A program made the translations under genes and the position numbers. Below the pieces are notes generated by a model. It was not told the origin of the DNA. It searched no databases and saw only the letters and a program-made list of their open reading frames with translations. Positions 28,244-37,486 of a stretch of 64,000 bases of DNA are shown here, piece by piece. Numbering within the stretch: the stretch's first letter is position 1; every line of letters begins with the position of its first letter. Origin of the DNA: a virus; IMG/VR virus record IMGVR_UViG_3300022848_000006. One strand, given 5' to 3'.

Positions 28244-28338
28244 GCTATACAGGCTGGAATCGAACCAGCTAAGGGAGGAATGTAACCTCCATATCGTTTC
28301 CAATGAGAGTCCGCATTGGATACGGTTAACTATGTATC
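28244..28338 (-). ncRNA. tRNA-like RNA with a long hairpin replacing the D-arm
   Basis: 10/11-bp hairpin, GGAGG-7nt-CCTCC arm, T-arm GCTGG-TTCGATT-CCAGC, 5-bp acceptor. Confidence 0.55.
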
Positions 28339-28819
28339 TTAGTTTATTGTCCGGTCAGTTTCACCCAGCTTCTTCCAACGATCAAACAGACTATCCTGTT
28401 CCCACCCAGGCATTCACGGGAAGTCCAACCGCCGGAATCGAACCAGCCCCTACTATATCATATCTTCCGCTTCATTGCAACACCAAGTGAAAAACTTCTC
28501 TGCCCTTGTGAACATAACAAGAGGTCATGTTTTCACTACTAACATCATCCACGGTGTAAATCTCATTGAGATAGATAGCATAGCCTCTCATCTCTTTGAC
28601 GCAAATTAGTTTGTCGTTAGCTTTGAAGTCTTTCATGCCTTTATTATAGCACGCCGCGTGCTTTTGTCAAGGATCAATTTCAAAATTCCACAAAAAAAAC
28701 CCACTTCGTCTCGGAAGCGGGCTAAAATATCATTCGACAATGCAAACAGAACCCTAACCCATACCTGTATCCCAGGTTTGATTACTATACGTTTGGCTTG
28801 TTTGATTGTTCATATCTTA

Positions 28820-29035
28820 TTATACACCATCTATCGATGGATAGAGACTGTTTTCTAAAATTTTCTTAATTTCTTGAAGCTGCCCTATCATTTTTCTTGT
28901 TTCCTTAATAGCCTCTACTCTCGCCTCTTCAAAATTAGAAGACTTGCTTTTCCACACTGTCTTATTCACATCCTCGTTAGAAGTAATAGAGAGTCCAGTA
29001 AAGCCAGTGTCATCAACGTCTTTAAGTAATAGCAT
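28820..29035 (-). CDS. Hypothetical protein
   Basis: Operonic. Confidence 0.45.
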   Translation of the reverse strand: MLLLKDVDDTGFTGLSITSNEDVNKTVWKSKSSNFEEARVEAIKETRKMIGQLQEIKKILENSLYPSIDGV

Positions 29036-29038
29036 AGC

Positions 29039-29392
29039 TTATTTCCACGTAAAGGTCCACAAAAAAGTACACAAAAAGAGTGCCCATGCCCTAAAGCAAT
29101 CTACGCCTCTCGCGATACAAGCCCTTCTAAACTCTGACGAAGCAAAAGCTGCATCATGACCGTCTGTTAGCAATTTATCATGAACAGCAGCGGCTAAGAG
29201 GATATCTCTGTTGTGAGGATCAATAATCCACTCACACCCCCTGGGTACTGATATATCAAATTTAAAAGATCTAGGAAGAATTAACTGCCAACCAGATTTA
29301 TAAACACCAATATCCCATACGACTTCGCTCATTAATACATACTTAGTACCTTCTAGTAGTTCAAAATCTTCAAATTTAGTAAAATTAGACAT
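29039..29392 (-). CDS. DUF1353-like protein
   Basis: FKFDISVPR...AAAVHDKL...F. Confidence 0.65.
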   Translation of the reverse strand: MSNFTKFEDFELLEGTKYVLMSEVVWDIGVYKSGWQLILPRSFKFDISVPRGCEWIIDPHNRDILLAAAVHDKLLTDGHDAAFASSEFRRACIARGVDCFRAWALFLCTFLWTFTWK

Positions 29393-29393
29393 A

Positions 29394-29917
29394 TTAGTTT
29401 ACCGCAAGAGGGGGAGGCATGGGTTCAATCTCCTGACGAGAGGCCAAGACCGCGACAACTTCCCAGTCTGCATCCGTAGGCGCTTTTCCACCGTTCTCTA
29501 GCAACGCTTCGTGACTGTAAAGGACGATGTTGACATACTCAGCAGGATATGCCTCTATACCGAGCCTGTCGGCGTCCTCTGTCGCGATATAGGTCTCGAC
29601 GTATGGATCTTCACCTTCCTGTCTAGTCGTCACAGCAGCCCTCAGAGGCATTCCTGCTTGAAGTGGGGCTAGAGAAGTGAAAAGAAGGAAGAATCAATGG
29701 GCACGACCACTTTTCTACTTAGGTCGCTCTCCCCTTGTCCTGGGTATCTCTTGTCCCAATTATCAAAGACTCTTTCTAGGACGACCCTGTGACTACACTG
29801 GAAATAGGAGTTGCCTGTTCCCTTTAAGTGTCTCTCTAGGGCAAAGTCAGACCACCCTGCTGATAGACCCTTGTACCTGCCCATCGGATGACTATGAATT
29901 GAAAGTTGTGACAACAT
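29394..29917 (-). pseudogene. Split conserved phage protein (DUF3228-like)
   Basis: WSDFALERH...VVVP then TTRQEGEDPY...IVLYSHEALLE...DADWEVV...PMPP; C-terminus lost. Confidence 0.55.
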
Positions 29918-30147
29918 GTTATTCCTTGTACTCTTTCATCGCAGCAAGGGCCATTCGGCGACCCCTGTCGTGGTACAGCCATGATACTCAACCTCTACCA
30001 AATAGAGACCACAAGACTCTAAGCTATCTATAACCTTAAAGTGGTATGGGTTTGGATTTGGGGCGACATCATTAGAGGGGACAGTTACTCTTTCACACTG
30101 GCTATTACTAAAAAGTTTTATTCCCATTTTCTTATCCTTTGTTTCGA

Positions 30148-30256
30148 CTAGTACCTTACGCTATGCCCACATAGATATGATCCGGCTTCTCGGCTGGCCT
30201 AACACGTCTGTTGACGCTGGGCGATCAGATGCGGCCTCACGGTCCCGCATTACTAG
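30148..30256 (-). ncRNA. Unclassified structured RNA directly 3' of tRNA-Val-like gene
   Basis: Closing CTAGTA/TACTAG, hairpins ATGCGG/CCGCAT, TGATC/GATCA enclosing CGTC-AACA-GACG, CTATG/CATAG. Confidence 0.5.
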
Positions 30257-30260
30257 TAAG

Positions 30261-30334
30261 TACTCAGTGAAAGAATCGAACTTATGATCTTTCCGGTGTA
30301 AACGGAATGTTTTAGCCAACTAAACTAATCGGGC
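30261..30334 (-). tRNA. tRNA-Val(TAC)-like with mismatched T and acceptor stems
   Basis: Good D arm and TTCCG-TTTACAC-CGGAA; 3' strand does not match 5' strand. Confidence 0.55.
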
Positions 30335-30990
30335 TTGTATGATTTAATCCACTTCCTAATAGCGTTATCGCTAACACCGTATTTTCTTCCAGTCCCACAA
30401 TAGCCTAAGTCCTTTATCTCTTTCTCTAAAACTTCAATAGTAGGTCTTTCTACTTTTCTCTTATGTGGTCTCGGGCTGTTCAAATTACAAGTAGAACAAA
30501 CATTTGCAGACTTGGACCTTAGACTGCCACACTTACAGTAATGTTTTTGCCTTTTTCTTTTAGAGGTTGTTTGTTGGCTATGACAATTGGGACATAGAAA
30601 TCTAAGATTTTCTTTTCTGTCATCTTTCCAGTTACCATCAATATGATCTACTTGTAGCGTTATAGGCTTGTTGTTCCAACTTTTAGAGACTCCACATTCT
30701 TCACAACTATGTTCTACGCCAGCCTCTATTAAAGCCCTTACTATTAGATTAGTTTTTCTTCTGATCGTTCTGTTTCCATCAAAAGTCAAAATATCAGAAT
30801 AATGAAGCTTTCCTGTAATTCTTGACTTGAGACGACGCTTGAAGTGAGAAGTGTCTATTTCGTATTTTTCTACATTGTTTTTTAGACAAGTATAAGATGT
30901 CCCCGTCCTCTGTCTACCTAGTTTTGTCAACGTCTCGCCACAGCTTAAACTGTCTTTCACCGCTGCTCTAAGTTCTTTTTCTGTGTACAT
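30325..30990 (-). CDS. HNH homing endonuclease
   Basis: CEECG...WNNKPITLQVDHIDGNWKDDRKENLRFLCPNCHS; C-terminal HTH; stop codon lies within the tRNA 5' end. Confidence 0.9.
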   Translation of the reverse strand: MYTEKELRAAVKDSLSCGETLTKLGRQRTGTSYTCLKNNVEKYEIDTSHFKRRLKSRITGKLHYSDILTFDGNRTIRRKTNLIVRALIEAGVEHSCEECGVSKSWNNKPITLQVDHIDGNWKDDRKENLRFLCPNCHSQQTTSKRKRQKHYCKCGSLRSKSANVCSTCNLNSPRPHKRKVERPTIEVLEKEIKDLGYCGTGRKYGVSDNAIRKWIKSYKPD

Positions 30991-31053
30991 AAGATTCCTC
31001 CACCTTATTATACACTAAACCCGAACCTAGAGCGTCAATAAAATTTCAATTTT

Positions 31054-31512
31054 CTAGGTTAGAACTTCATAGCCTTCAAAGTTTGCACTCTGAGTAGACC
31101 GTAGAATGTAATCAATACCAATGTCTTTGTCAGACCACCAAATAAGATGATATCCAACAACTCTATAAGATTTTACCCAACACTCTCTCCATGAAGAGTA
31201 GTAAGCATGAGGCTCTGTCAAGCACTCAATACGGTAAGGGATGTCATGAAGCTTAAAGTATTGCTCTATATCCCACTGAAAAAACAGTGATGGCAATTTG
31301 ATACAATGCTTCTGCCCACGATTTTCGCGGTACTGAGTCTTTCTTCTGTCTTTCCAAGTTTTACGACCACGAACCCAATAATCATCCCAAGGATCTGGGA
31401 GATTTGCTGGACTACGTTTAGCCCTTGCGTATTCACAATCTTGGTTCGCCTTCTTTTCTTGAAAAACCTTGAAATGACGCATACAAGCGTAGTCAATCTT
31501 AGAGTGTCTCAT
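31054..31512 (-). CDS. Hypothetical protein
   Basis: ANLPDPWDD...WK motif, RBS. Confidence 0.5.
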   Translation of the reverse strand: MRHSKIDYACMRHFKVFQEKKANQDCEYARAKRSPANLPDPWDDYWVRGRKTWKDRRKTQYRENRGQKHCIKLPSLFFQWDIEQYFKLHDIPYRIECLTEPHAYYSSWRECWVKSYRVVGYHLIWWSDKDIGIDYILRSTQSANFEGYEVLT

Positions 31513-31572
31513 TCTGTTCTCCTAAAGTGTTATTAAATACCTTAAAAGACAGTACCTCTTGTAATTCTCATG

Positions 31573-32310
31573 TTATTCCTTAATCCAAATGTAAAAGTCA
31601 CCAACCTTCTCTACTCCAGGTAGAGGGATTGTATGTTGGTATGAAATCACCTTCGCCCCACTCTTTAGTTGTAGAAACTTAGGTGCAAGCTTCTCAATAA
31701 GAGAGGGGAAGAGGAATAGGGCCACATTGTCCGCATTAACAAAGCTTTGTGTTGTTGAGTCTACGTTAAAAAGATTTATTCTTTTAGACATGCCCTCTTC
31801 TTCTACTTCTTTAATAGCCTTCTCATAGGTGGATTTGTTGATCTCTAGTCCAATTCCACGAGTGTTAAAGTGATTAGCACCATAAATTAAAATTCTAGCA
31901 TCACCACATCCTGGATCTAAAAGAACGCTGTTGTGTTCTGGGTTAAGGATCGCTAACATTTTTTCAATAGCTTCTTGTGGGGTTGCTATATCTTCTGTGT
32001 ATACATCCTTTGTGACATATTCAATTCTTGTATCTTGAGGCTGATAGGTACTGTGCTGAATCTGCTGTGTGACCTGTGCCATAGGCTGTGCTGCAAGGGC
32101 GGCTCTAAGCTTTTGACACATAGGGCAAGGGCAGGTAGCACTTACTGGTCCATCCACCCCAAGGACATAATTCTTCCCTCTATAATTGTATCCATAGTCA
32201 GTCTCTCCATAAGAAGAACCTCCACTACTACGTCTGAATAATTGAGCCTCAGATATGGAGGCTGGTAAAATAAAAAGTAGGAGTAGAAGCGAGAGCGTTT
32301 TATTAATCAT
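31573..32310 (-). CDS. SAM-dependent methyltransferase with N-terminal signal peptide
   Basis: Hydrophobic signal, CPCPMC, LLDPGCGDAR, GLEIN, LFLFP. Confidence 0.7.
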   Translation of the reverse strand: MINKTLSLLLLLFILPASISEAQLFRRSSGGSSYGETDYGYNYRGKNYVLGVDGPVSATCPCPMCQKLRAALAAQPMAQVTQQIQHSTYQPQDTRIEYVTKDVYTEDIATPQEAIEKMLAILNPEHNSVLLDPGCGDARILIYGANHFNTRGIGLEINKSTYEKAIKEVEEEGMSKRINLFNVDSTTQSFVNADNVALFLFPSLIEKLAPKFLQLKSGAKVISYQHTIPLPGVEKVGDFYIWIKE

Positions 32311-32344
32311 GATGTTTTTCCTGTTTTTAGTTTTATACTTTCAA

Positions 32345-32412
32345 TGGAGCCATAGGGAGTCGAGCCCTATAATCTTCCGTGCAAGGGAAAATGCCTACCC
32401 CTAGGTGGCCCC
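32345..32412 (-). tRNA. tRNA-Ala(TGC) with shortened D arm
   Basis: GGGGCCA/TGGCTCC (G3-U70), TTTCC-CTTGCAC-GGAAG; 68 nt. Confidence 0.6.
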
Positions 32413-32568
32413 GTTAACAAACCGGCTTATCCATTATGTGAACATAATTAACCAAACAGCCCAAGTATGCACACAACAACTAAAAAGAATAGGATCAGCA
32501 AAACGCCGAGTCCACCAGTTCCACTATCCATAAGAACTCCTTAAGTGAACATATCTTTTCTTCGTAAG

Positions 32569-32654
32569 CGATAGGACAGGGAATCGAACCCTGGAACCGT
32601 TTTACGGGTCAGCCGCTTTCAAGGCGGTGTCCTCGTCCATGCCGGACTCCTACC
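32569..32654 (-). tRNA. tRNA-Ser(TGA)
   Basis: Full cloverleaf with long variable arm, CCGC-CTTGAAA-GCGG. Confidence 0.9.
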
Positions 32655-32873
32655 GTATTGTCAAATCTTCAAAGTCTCTCGTGTTCTTGTACCTACCGGC
32701 TATCTTGTCGCACTTACACATACTACTTGCCTTTCCTGTGAGATCTAAGAGTTTTACCTTTGCCATGATGTTCGTTCTTTGGAGCCATACTAGAATTTCC
32801 TTCATGTTTTAGCTGGCCCCGATACAGTCGTCCTGGTCTTCCAACCGTATCTGGCTTATAATACTTAGAGAAG

Positions 32874-33461
32874 TTAGCCAACGGTTGATTCTCGAAGTTC
32901 TCTATATCGGTTGATAGCCTCAAGTTCTTTCTCCATATCAAAAAGAATCCACCTATCGGTATCATCTGACCCCTTTTCATTCACCCAGTCTAAGTGACTA
33001 AGTAAACCATTCCAGCTACTAAAGATATGACGGTGAGGTAATGTCCAAAATAACCAATCGGGGCACTTCTCTTTACCCTGTTTGCAATACACCAACACTG
33101 GCTTCTTGCATCGATTAGCCCAAAACAACTCTTCATAAGTACCACAAGCATGAACATCTGTATCGATGTATACGATAATGAAGTCTGCCTTGTCTACCAT
33201 GGAAAGATCAGTACTTCTTATTTGACGGACAGTATCCATCTTATCATAGTCTCTAGCTTCTTTCCATTCTGTTCTGATCTGTCTGTTATTGTCGTTCTCA
33301 ATCGCTGCAATCTCTGGTAAGGGTTTTTTAAGAGGATTAAATACCATTACTCCAAGCTTGTGGAGTTCTGGGGTCATCATATCTCTCCAGCCAGCCCCAT
33401 GATCCTCTACTCTGTCCATCGCACCGATTAGGTACGTCTTAGATCCAAATAGTTTACCCAT
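32874..33461 (-). CDS. Nucleoside 2-deoxyribosyltransferase-like protein
   Basis: YLIGAMD, VFNP, DLSMVDKADFII, GTYEE. Confidence 0.7.
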   Translation of the reverse strand: MGKLFGSKTYLIGAMDRVEDHGAGWRDMMTPELHKLGVMVFNPLKKPLPEIAAIENDNNRQIRTEWKEARDYDKMDTVRQIRSTDLSMVDKADFIIVYIDTDVHACGTYEELFWANRCKKPVLVYCKQGKEKCPDWLFWTLPHRHIFSSWNGLLSHLDWVNEKGSDDTDRWILFDMEKELEAINRYRELRESTVG

Positions 33462-33842
33462 TCTTTATCCTTTACAATTATTCTATTTTTATGTCACTAA
33501 TACGAAACTTCCAGTAGTCCTCATCCTTAGACATTATCTCCCGAAGACCCTTCAACCTATCAACCAACTTATTTTTTAGTATGAAGTTTATTTCTCTTCG
33601 CCCCTTGTCCTTTTTACTGGGGTTGTAGAAAGCGTAGTCATCTAGAAAAGTGAATATAAAAGGTATTAGTGCTACCATATAGGTAGTGCAATTTTCCCAA
33701 GTGCCAACTTAGCCTATTATCAACTTCAATATGATTATCAGGATAATGAACACGCCCAGGTCCAACGACTTTTCTTCTAGTCTCGTGTCCAGAAGTGTAG
33801 TTACTGATATGTTCACAAGCCTTAGAGAAGGTTTTTGGCAAT

Positions 33843-34283
33843 TTACTGAATCCTCTTCATGTACGTGTATTGGTAAGGCTCATAAGAGCAACCAGCACGT
33901 CCTTTGCAAACCTTCTTGTATCGAGTTTCTGTCACTTGTTGATACTTAGGCTGTGCAACTGGGGCCGCATAGACATTACCATACGTAGTCGTACTGGGCG
34001 AATAACGCGGTGTCGATACATTTGATCTGACTCTGCCAAAAAAGTTTCGTACTGGAGTATTTGCTCTAGACGAATATCTATAAGTTGGCGTACTGTAGAC
34101 CGTTGGGGCACTATACGTGGTACCATAGGTTTGTGTTGAATACCCGTAACTAGGCACGGTGCTGTAATACTGTTGTCCAAAGGACGATCCGGCAAACATA
34201 AGTGAGCAGGTAAGGGCGATAGCGATTGCAAAATTCTTCATACTGTCTTCTCCGTGGGGTGAATTTATGGCTAAAATAACCAT
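33843..34283 (-). CDS. Secreted Ser/Thr/Tyr-rich protein
   Basis: MKNFAIAIALTCSLMFAGSSFG signal, PVRNFFGR. Confidence 0.55.
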   Translation of the reverse strand: MVILAINSPHGEDSMKNFAIAIALTCSLMFAGSSFGQQYYSTVPSYGYSTQTYGTTYSAPTVYSTPTYRYSSRANTPVRNFFGRVRSNVSTPRYSPSTTTYGNVYAAPVAQPKYQQVTETRYKKVCKGRAGCSYEPYQYTYMKRIQ

Positions 34284-34321
34284 TTTTTTTGTTTTGTCTG
34301 ATTCTTAGTGTGTAATATAAA

Positions 34322-34503
34322 ATTAAACTAGAACTTGATAAGTGTCAAATACTTTGTTCAAACTGTCACAGAGAGCTACACGCTATAAAAGAATGGTCAT
34401 TTTCTGCAAATATATTGAACCCAAAAGAAATACGTTGTTGCATAGAATGTCAGGAACAATGTAGTCACAACTCCCATAAATGGAAGCAGTCTTATCAACT
34501 GTG
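34322..34503 (+). pseudogene. HNH endonuclease relic
   Basis: ELDKCQILCSNCHRELH, no start codon. Confidence 0.55.
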
Positions 34504-34614
34504 AACTACCCCGACCCTAAAGAGGTTTGGTCACAGTCTCGTTCACTTCGCTCACTCGCTTTGCGACCAAACTTTCTACGAAAGTAGGGGCTTTCTCTCC
34601 GTGAAGCGGTAAAG

Positions 34615-34686
34615 AGCAAAATCGTGGACTCGCACCCCGCTAAACGGATTGGAAATCCGTCACATCGCTATCTATGTTTATAATGC
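34615..34686 (-). tRNA. Degenerate tRNA-Gly(TCC)
   Basis: ACGGA-TTTCCAA-TCCGT; poor D, T and acceptor stems. Confidence 0.5.
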
Positions 34687-34693
34687 TTATTCC

Positions 34694-35170
34694 TTAGAAA
34701 AAGTCCAATAGTTGAAGTTTGCCGTCGTTCCATCCCCAGTTATATCCGTGGATATCAGTAGGGTGCCATCCTGTCTTTTCTTTTATTTGCTCTTGAATTT
34801 CCCACAACTCTTTTTCATGCTCTTGCTGAAAAGTGTCGCACTCGCATTCAAGTACAAAGCCGTCTTTCTTGTAATTCAAGGGAACACAAGGCTTGATAAG
34901 CTCTGTAATATAGCAATACAGCCTGTCAATCTGTAGGTCTTCTTCGTCGTCGTAATAGTCTACTTCAACCTCGAATCTCTCTCCGACATCAGGGCCCAAG
35001 CCCTCTTCGTAGCATAGGCTCTGTCTATCGTGTGCTATGTCGCAGGATTCGCCCTCATAGTAGCACTTAGCACCCCAGGAACTATTTAGCTTAATAAAGT
35101 AACAATGTACTCCAACAGGGCAGTCTTCAAGACCTTTTCGGATCTTATCATCTCGTTGCTCGTTGTTCAT
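34694..35170 (-). CDS. Minimal protein-kinase-like fold protein
   Basis: AKCY, TDIHGYNWG, LLDF. Confidence 0.45.
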   Translation of the reverse strand: MNNEQRDDKIRKGLEDCPVGVHCYFIKLNSSWGAKCYYEGESCDIAHDRQSLCYEEGLGPDVGERFEVEVDYYDDEEDLQIDRLYCYITELIKPCVPLNYKKDGFVLECECDTFQQEHEKELWEIQEQIKEKTGWHPTDIHGYNWGWNDGKLQLLDFF

Positions 35171-35419
35171 GTCTGTATTTTACAGTGTAAATGAGACTTG
35201 TCAAGAGGTAAAATTATATAATCCTAACATTTTTCTCCTATGTTTTGTATCAAAGTTTTTTCTAACAGTGGAATCTTTACTCCAGGAGGACCATAAGGAT
35301 GAGAGAAGAAGAAGTCTTCCCCCTCAACAGCATTTTTCATACTTGACAGCCAGTTCTCTGGAATACGATAAAAGTCAGGATACAAATCTCCCAAAACCTT
35401 ACAGATATAGATTTGATCA

Positions 35420-35457
35420 TTGAGAAGCAGCTATCCTGGCCGTTAGACGAAGGAAAC
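35420..35457 (-). pseudogene. 5' half of a tRNA (Arg TCT/Glu-like)
   Basis: GTTTCCTTCGTCTAACGGCCAGGATAGCTGCTTCTCA with no 3' half. Confidence 0.4.
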
Positions 35458-35506
35458 GTGTTGCTTTCTTACTCTATGTCCTAACTGTCATACCTTAAGT
35501 CATAAG

Positions 35507-35581
35507 TAGCGAGAGAGGGGGTCGAACCCACACTGTCTGGTGCCTAAAACCAGTGCCTCTATCCATTTGGGCTACCTCGCC
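35507..35581 (-). tRNA. tRNA-Leu(TAG), short variable loop
   Basis: GGCGAGG/TCTCGCT, CTGGT-TTTAGGC-ACCAG. Confidence 0.8.
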
Positions 35582-36052
35582 ATGTTTGCCCATTTTACTC
35601 ATAAGGTAGGCTACCTAGACTACAGCATACGCTGCATATAGTGGAAGGAGTAGGAGTTACACCTACACAGTCTTAGGGATAAATCTTTATTGACTAGGTG
35701 TGTACAGCACCGTTGCTCATTATAAGATCTTCGCCATTCCAGGTAGAATCTTGACCACACATCTTACAAGTATAACAGACGCCAGACTCTAACAACGCTC
35801 TTTATAATAGGCCTTGACTTTCCCTATGATCGATACTATCGAACTTATCCCGAAAGAGCAGACGGTAGGCTGGTTAAGCCAACTTCTTACAGATAACACA
35901 GTGATCGAATCTGCCACGACATATAGGCCGCTGTTCCATGTTGCAACGTACAGATATCTGTAAAGTTGTGAGTGCAGGAGTCGAACCTACAAGGGGTATC
36001 GCGATGTTACGTCCCTTGCCAACCCTCACGAGAGGTTCGCGAAAATCTACAG

Positions 36053-36125
36053 TCTCCTAGGCAGGACTTGAACCTGCGGCCTTCTGGTCCCAAACCAGAC
36101 GGATTACCAACTTTCCCACTAGAAG
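36053..36125 (-). tRNA. tRNA-Pro(TGG)
   Basis: CTTCTAG/CTAGGAG, TCTGG-TTTGGGA-CCAGA. Confidence 0.88.
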
Positions 36126-36131
36126 ATTACT

Positions 36132-36329
36132 TTATCGTGACAATCTTAGGTCACGATCCTTCTCTACTGTCAAGATTTGTTTGTAAGCACTCAAGTGAGT
36201 GTAACGCGACTTGCGGGCAATATTTATTAACTGCTTTTCAGTCAGTTCTTTGCCCATCATGACGAAAGACTTAGACTGGGTGCTTTCGTTAATCTTTTGT
36301 ACAATCTGCTCATCAGTCAAAACTTGCAT
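36132..36329 (-). CDS. Hypothetical protein
   Basis: Between tRNA elements, coding strand. Confidence 0.45.
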   Translation of the reverse strand: MQVLTDEQIVQKINESTQSKSFVMMGKELTEKQLINIARKSRYTHLSAYKQILTVEKDRDLRLSR

Positions 36330-36605
36330 CGTTTTTTCCTTACTAGTACTAAATGTGAGTTGAGGAGGTGGGAATTGAACCCACGTACTCGAAAGTTACC
36401 GGCTGTCAACACCAACGTGACTCTCCGCAATGTTGTGTCTTCTATTATACACCGTTTTGGTTCGATGTCAACCCTCATGTTTGGTTTTTTTTGGATTTGT
36501 TAAAATCCCTTCTTTGTATTGTTTGACTCTGTGAGGGGTGACTCGTGTGTATGGCTGTATTATAGCACGGCCTGCGACTTTGTCAACCCCTCGGTTTGGT
36601 TTTTC

Positions 36606-37025
36606 TTAGATTTCAATTCCAAGAGTATGTTTCACGTATTTCAAACCGTCTTCAGTGACGCCGTCTTCTGACCAAAATTCGTCTTCGTCGTGCATCTTTT
36701 GAAGCTTAGACCAGAAGGACACAGGATATCCCTGATACTCTTCTTTTAATAGCTCATTGAGACCATATCTAAGCGAAAGGGTTTCAATATTCTTAGAAGA
36801 CTTCCCATGAAGTTCTAACGCTTCGTCTGTCATGAACCTACCAACGGCACACCTCTTTTCCGTATCAGACTGATACTGACATGTTCCGTTAGCTTGACCT
36901 TTATACAATGATCGTGCTGCGGGGTCTGAGTACGTCTCCAGAACCTCAAGCACAATTTCTCTTTGTGATACTTGTGTTTCCACCATAATTTCCTCCAGTA
37001 AGGGGTTACACACTATAATAGCCAA
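36606..37025 (-). CDS. Conserved phage hypothetical (likely start MVETQ)
   Basis: CQY...RCAVGR...LQKMHD. Confidence 0.55.
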   Translation of the reverse strand: MAIIVCNPLLEEIMVETQVSQREIVLEVLETYSDPAARSLYKGQANGTCQYQSDTEKRCAVGRFMTDEALELHGKSSKNIETLSLRYGLNELLKEEYQGYPVSFWSKLQKMHDEDEFWSEDGVTEDGLKYVKHTLGIEI

Positions 37026-37105
37026 GAACGGCTAAAAGGGCAACCTAAAAAGGAAATAAAGGGCAAAATAGTCAACGATCTTGATACATAAGGTGAAACA
37101 CCTCG

Positions 37106-37486
37106 TCAATAGTAGTCTGTTTGACACCAAGTTCCAACGCTCTCTATGATTTTACAATCTTGCAAAATCTTGTTAAGAGAAACTTTGGCTACCTCTATCG
37201 CTTCACGAATTTTCATTGGGTCAAACTCTACGGTGTCATCCCAGTCGTTTCTAAACACCTCTACACCGAGACCAACGGTTTCTTCGCAGCAGCTAAACTC
37301 TTGAATTAAAACGCCATACTTCTCTACTACTCCTCTGGCCCGATTTCCATAAGGAGTATATCCGTCTTCGTCAAACATATCTTTTGGCAGAAGGTCTTTC
37401 AAAAGTTCGAGGTCACAATCTTCTGATCTAAAACCAACCCAGATGTGTACTTCTGCGTCCATACCCATATTATCCACCATTTCCAA
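37106..37486 (-). CDS. Hypothetical protein
   Basis: Coupled ORF. Confidence 0.5.
   Translation of the reverse strand: MEMVDNMGMDAEVHIWVGFRSEDCDLELLKDLLPKDMFDEDGYTPYGNRARGVVEKYGVLIQEFSCCEETVGLGVEVFRNDWDDTVEFDPMKIREAIEVAKVSLNKILQDCKIIESVGTWCQTDYY

Noticed and set aside
30148-30256. Theta/HDV-like ribozyme call
   Set aside because: Could not map the nested P1/P2/P3/P1.1 pseudoknot by eye; left unclassified.
35642-35740. Apparent 99-nt tRNA-like RNA
   Set aside because: The 5' 'acceptor' GGAATGG is the W-N-G codons of an HNH relic; only the 3' T-arm piece is tRNA-derived.
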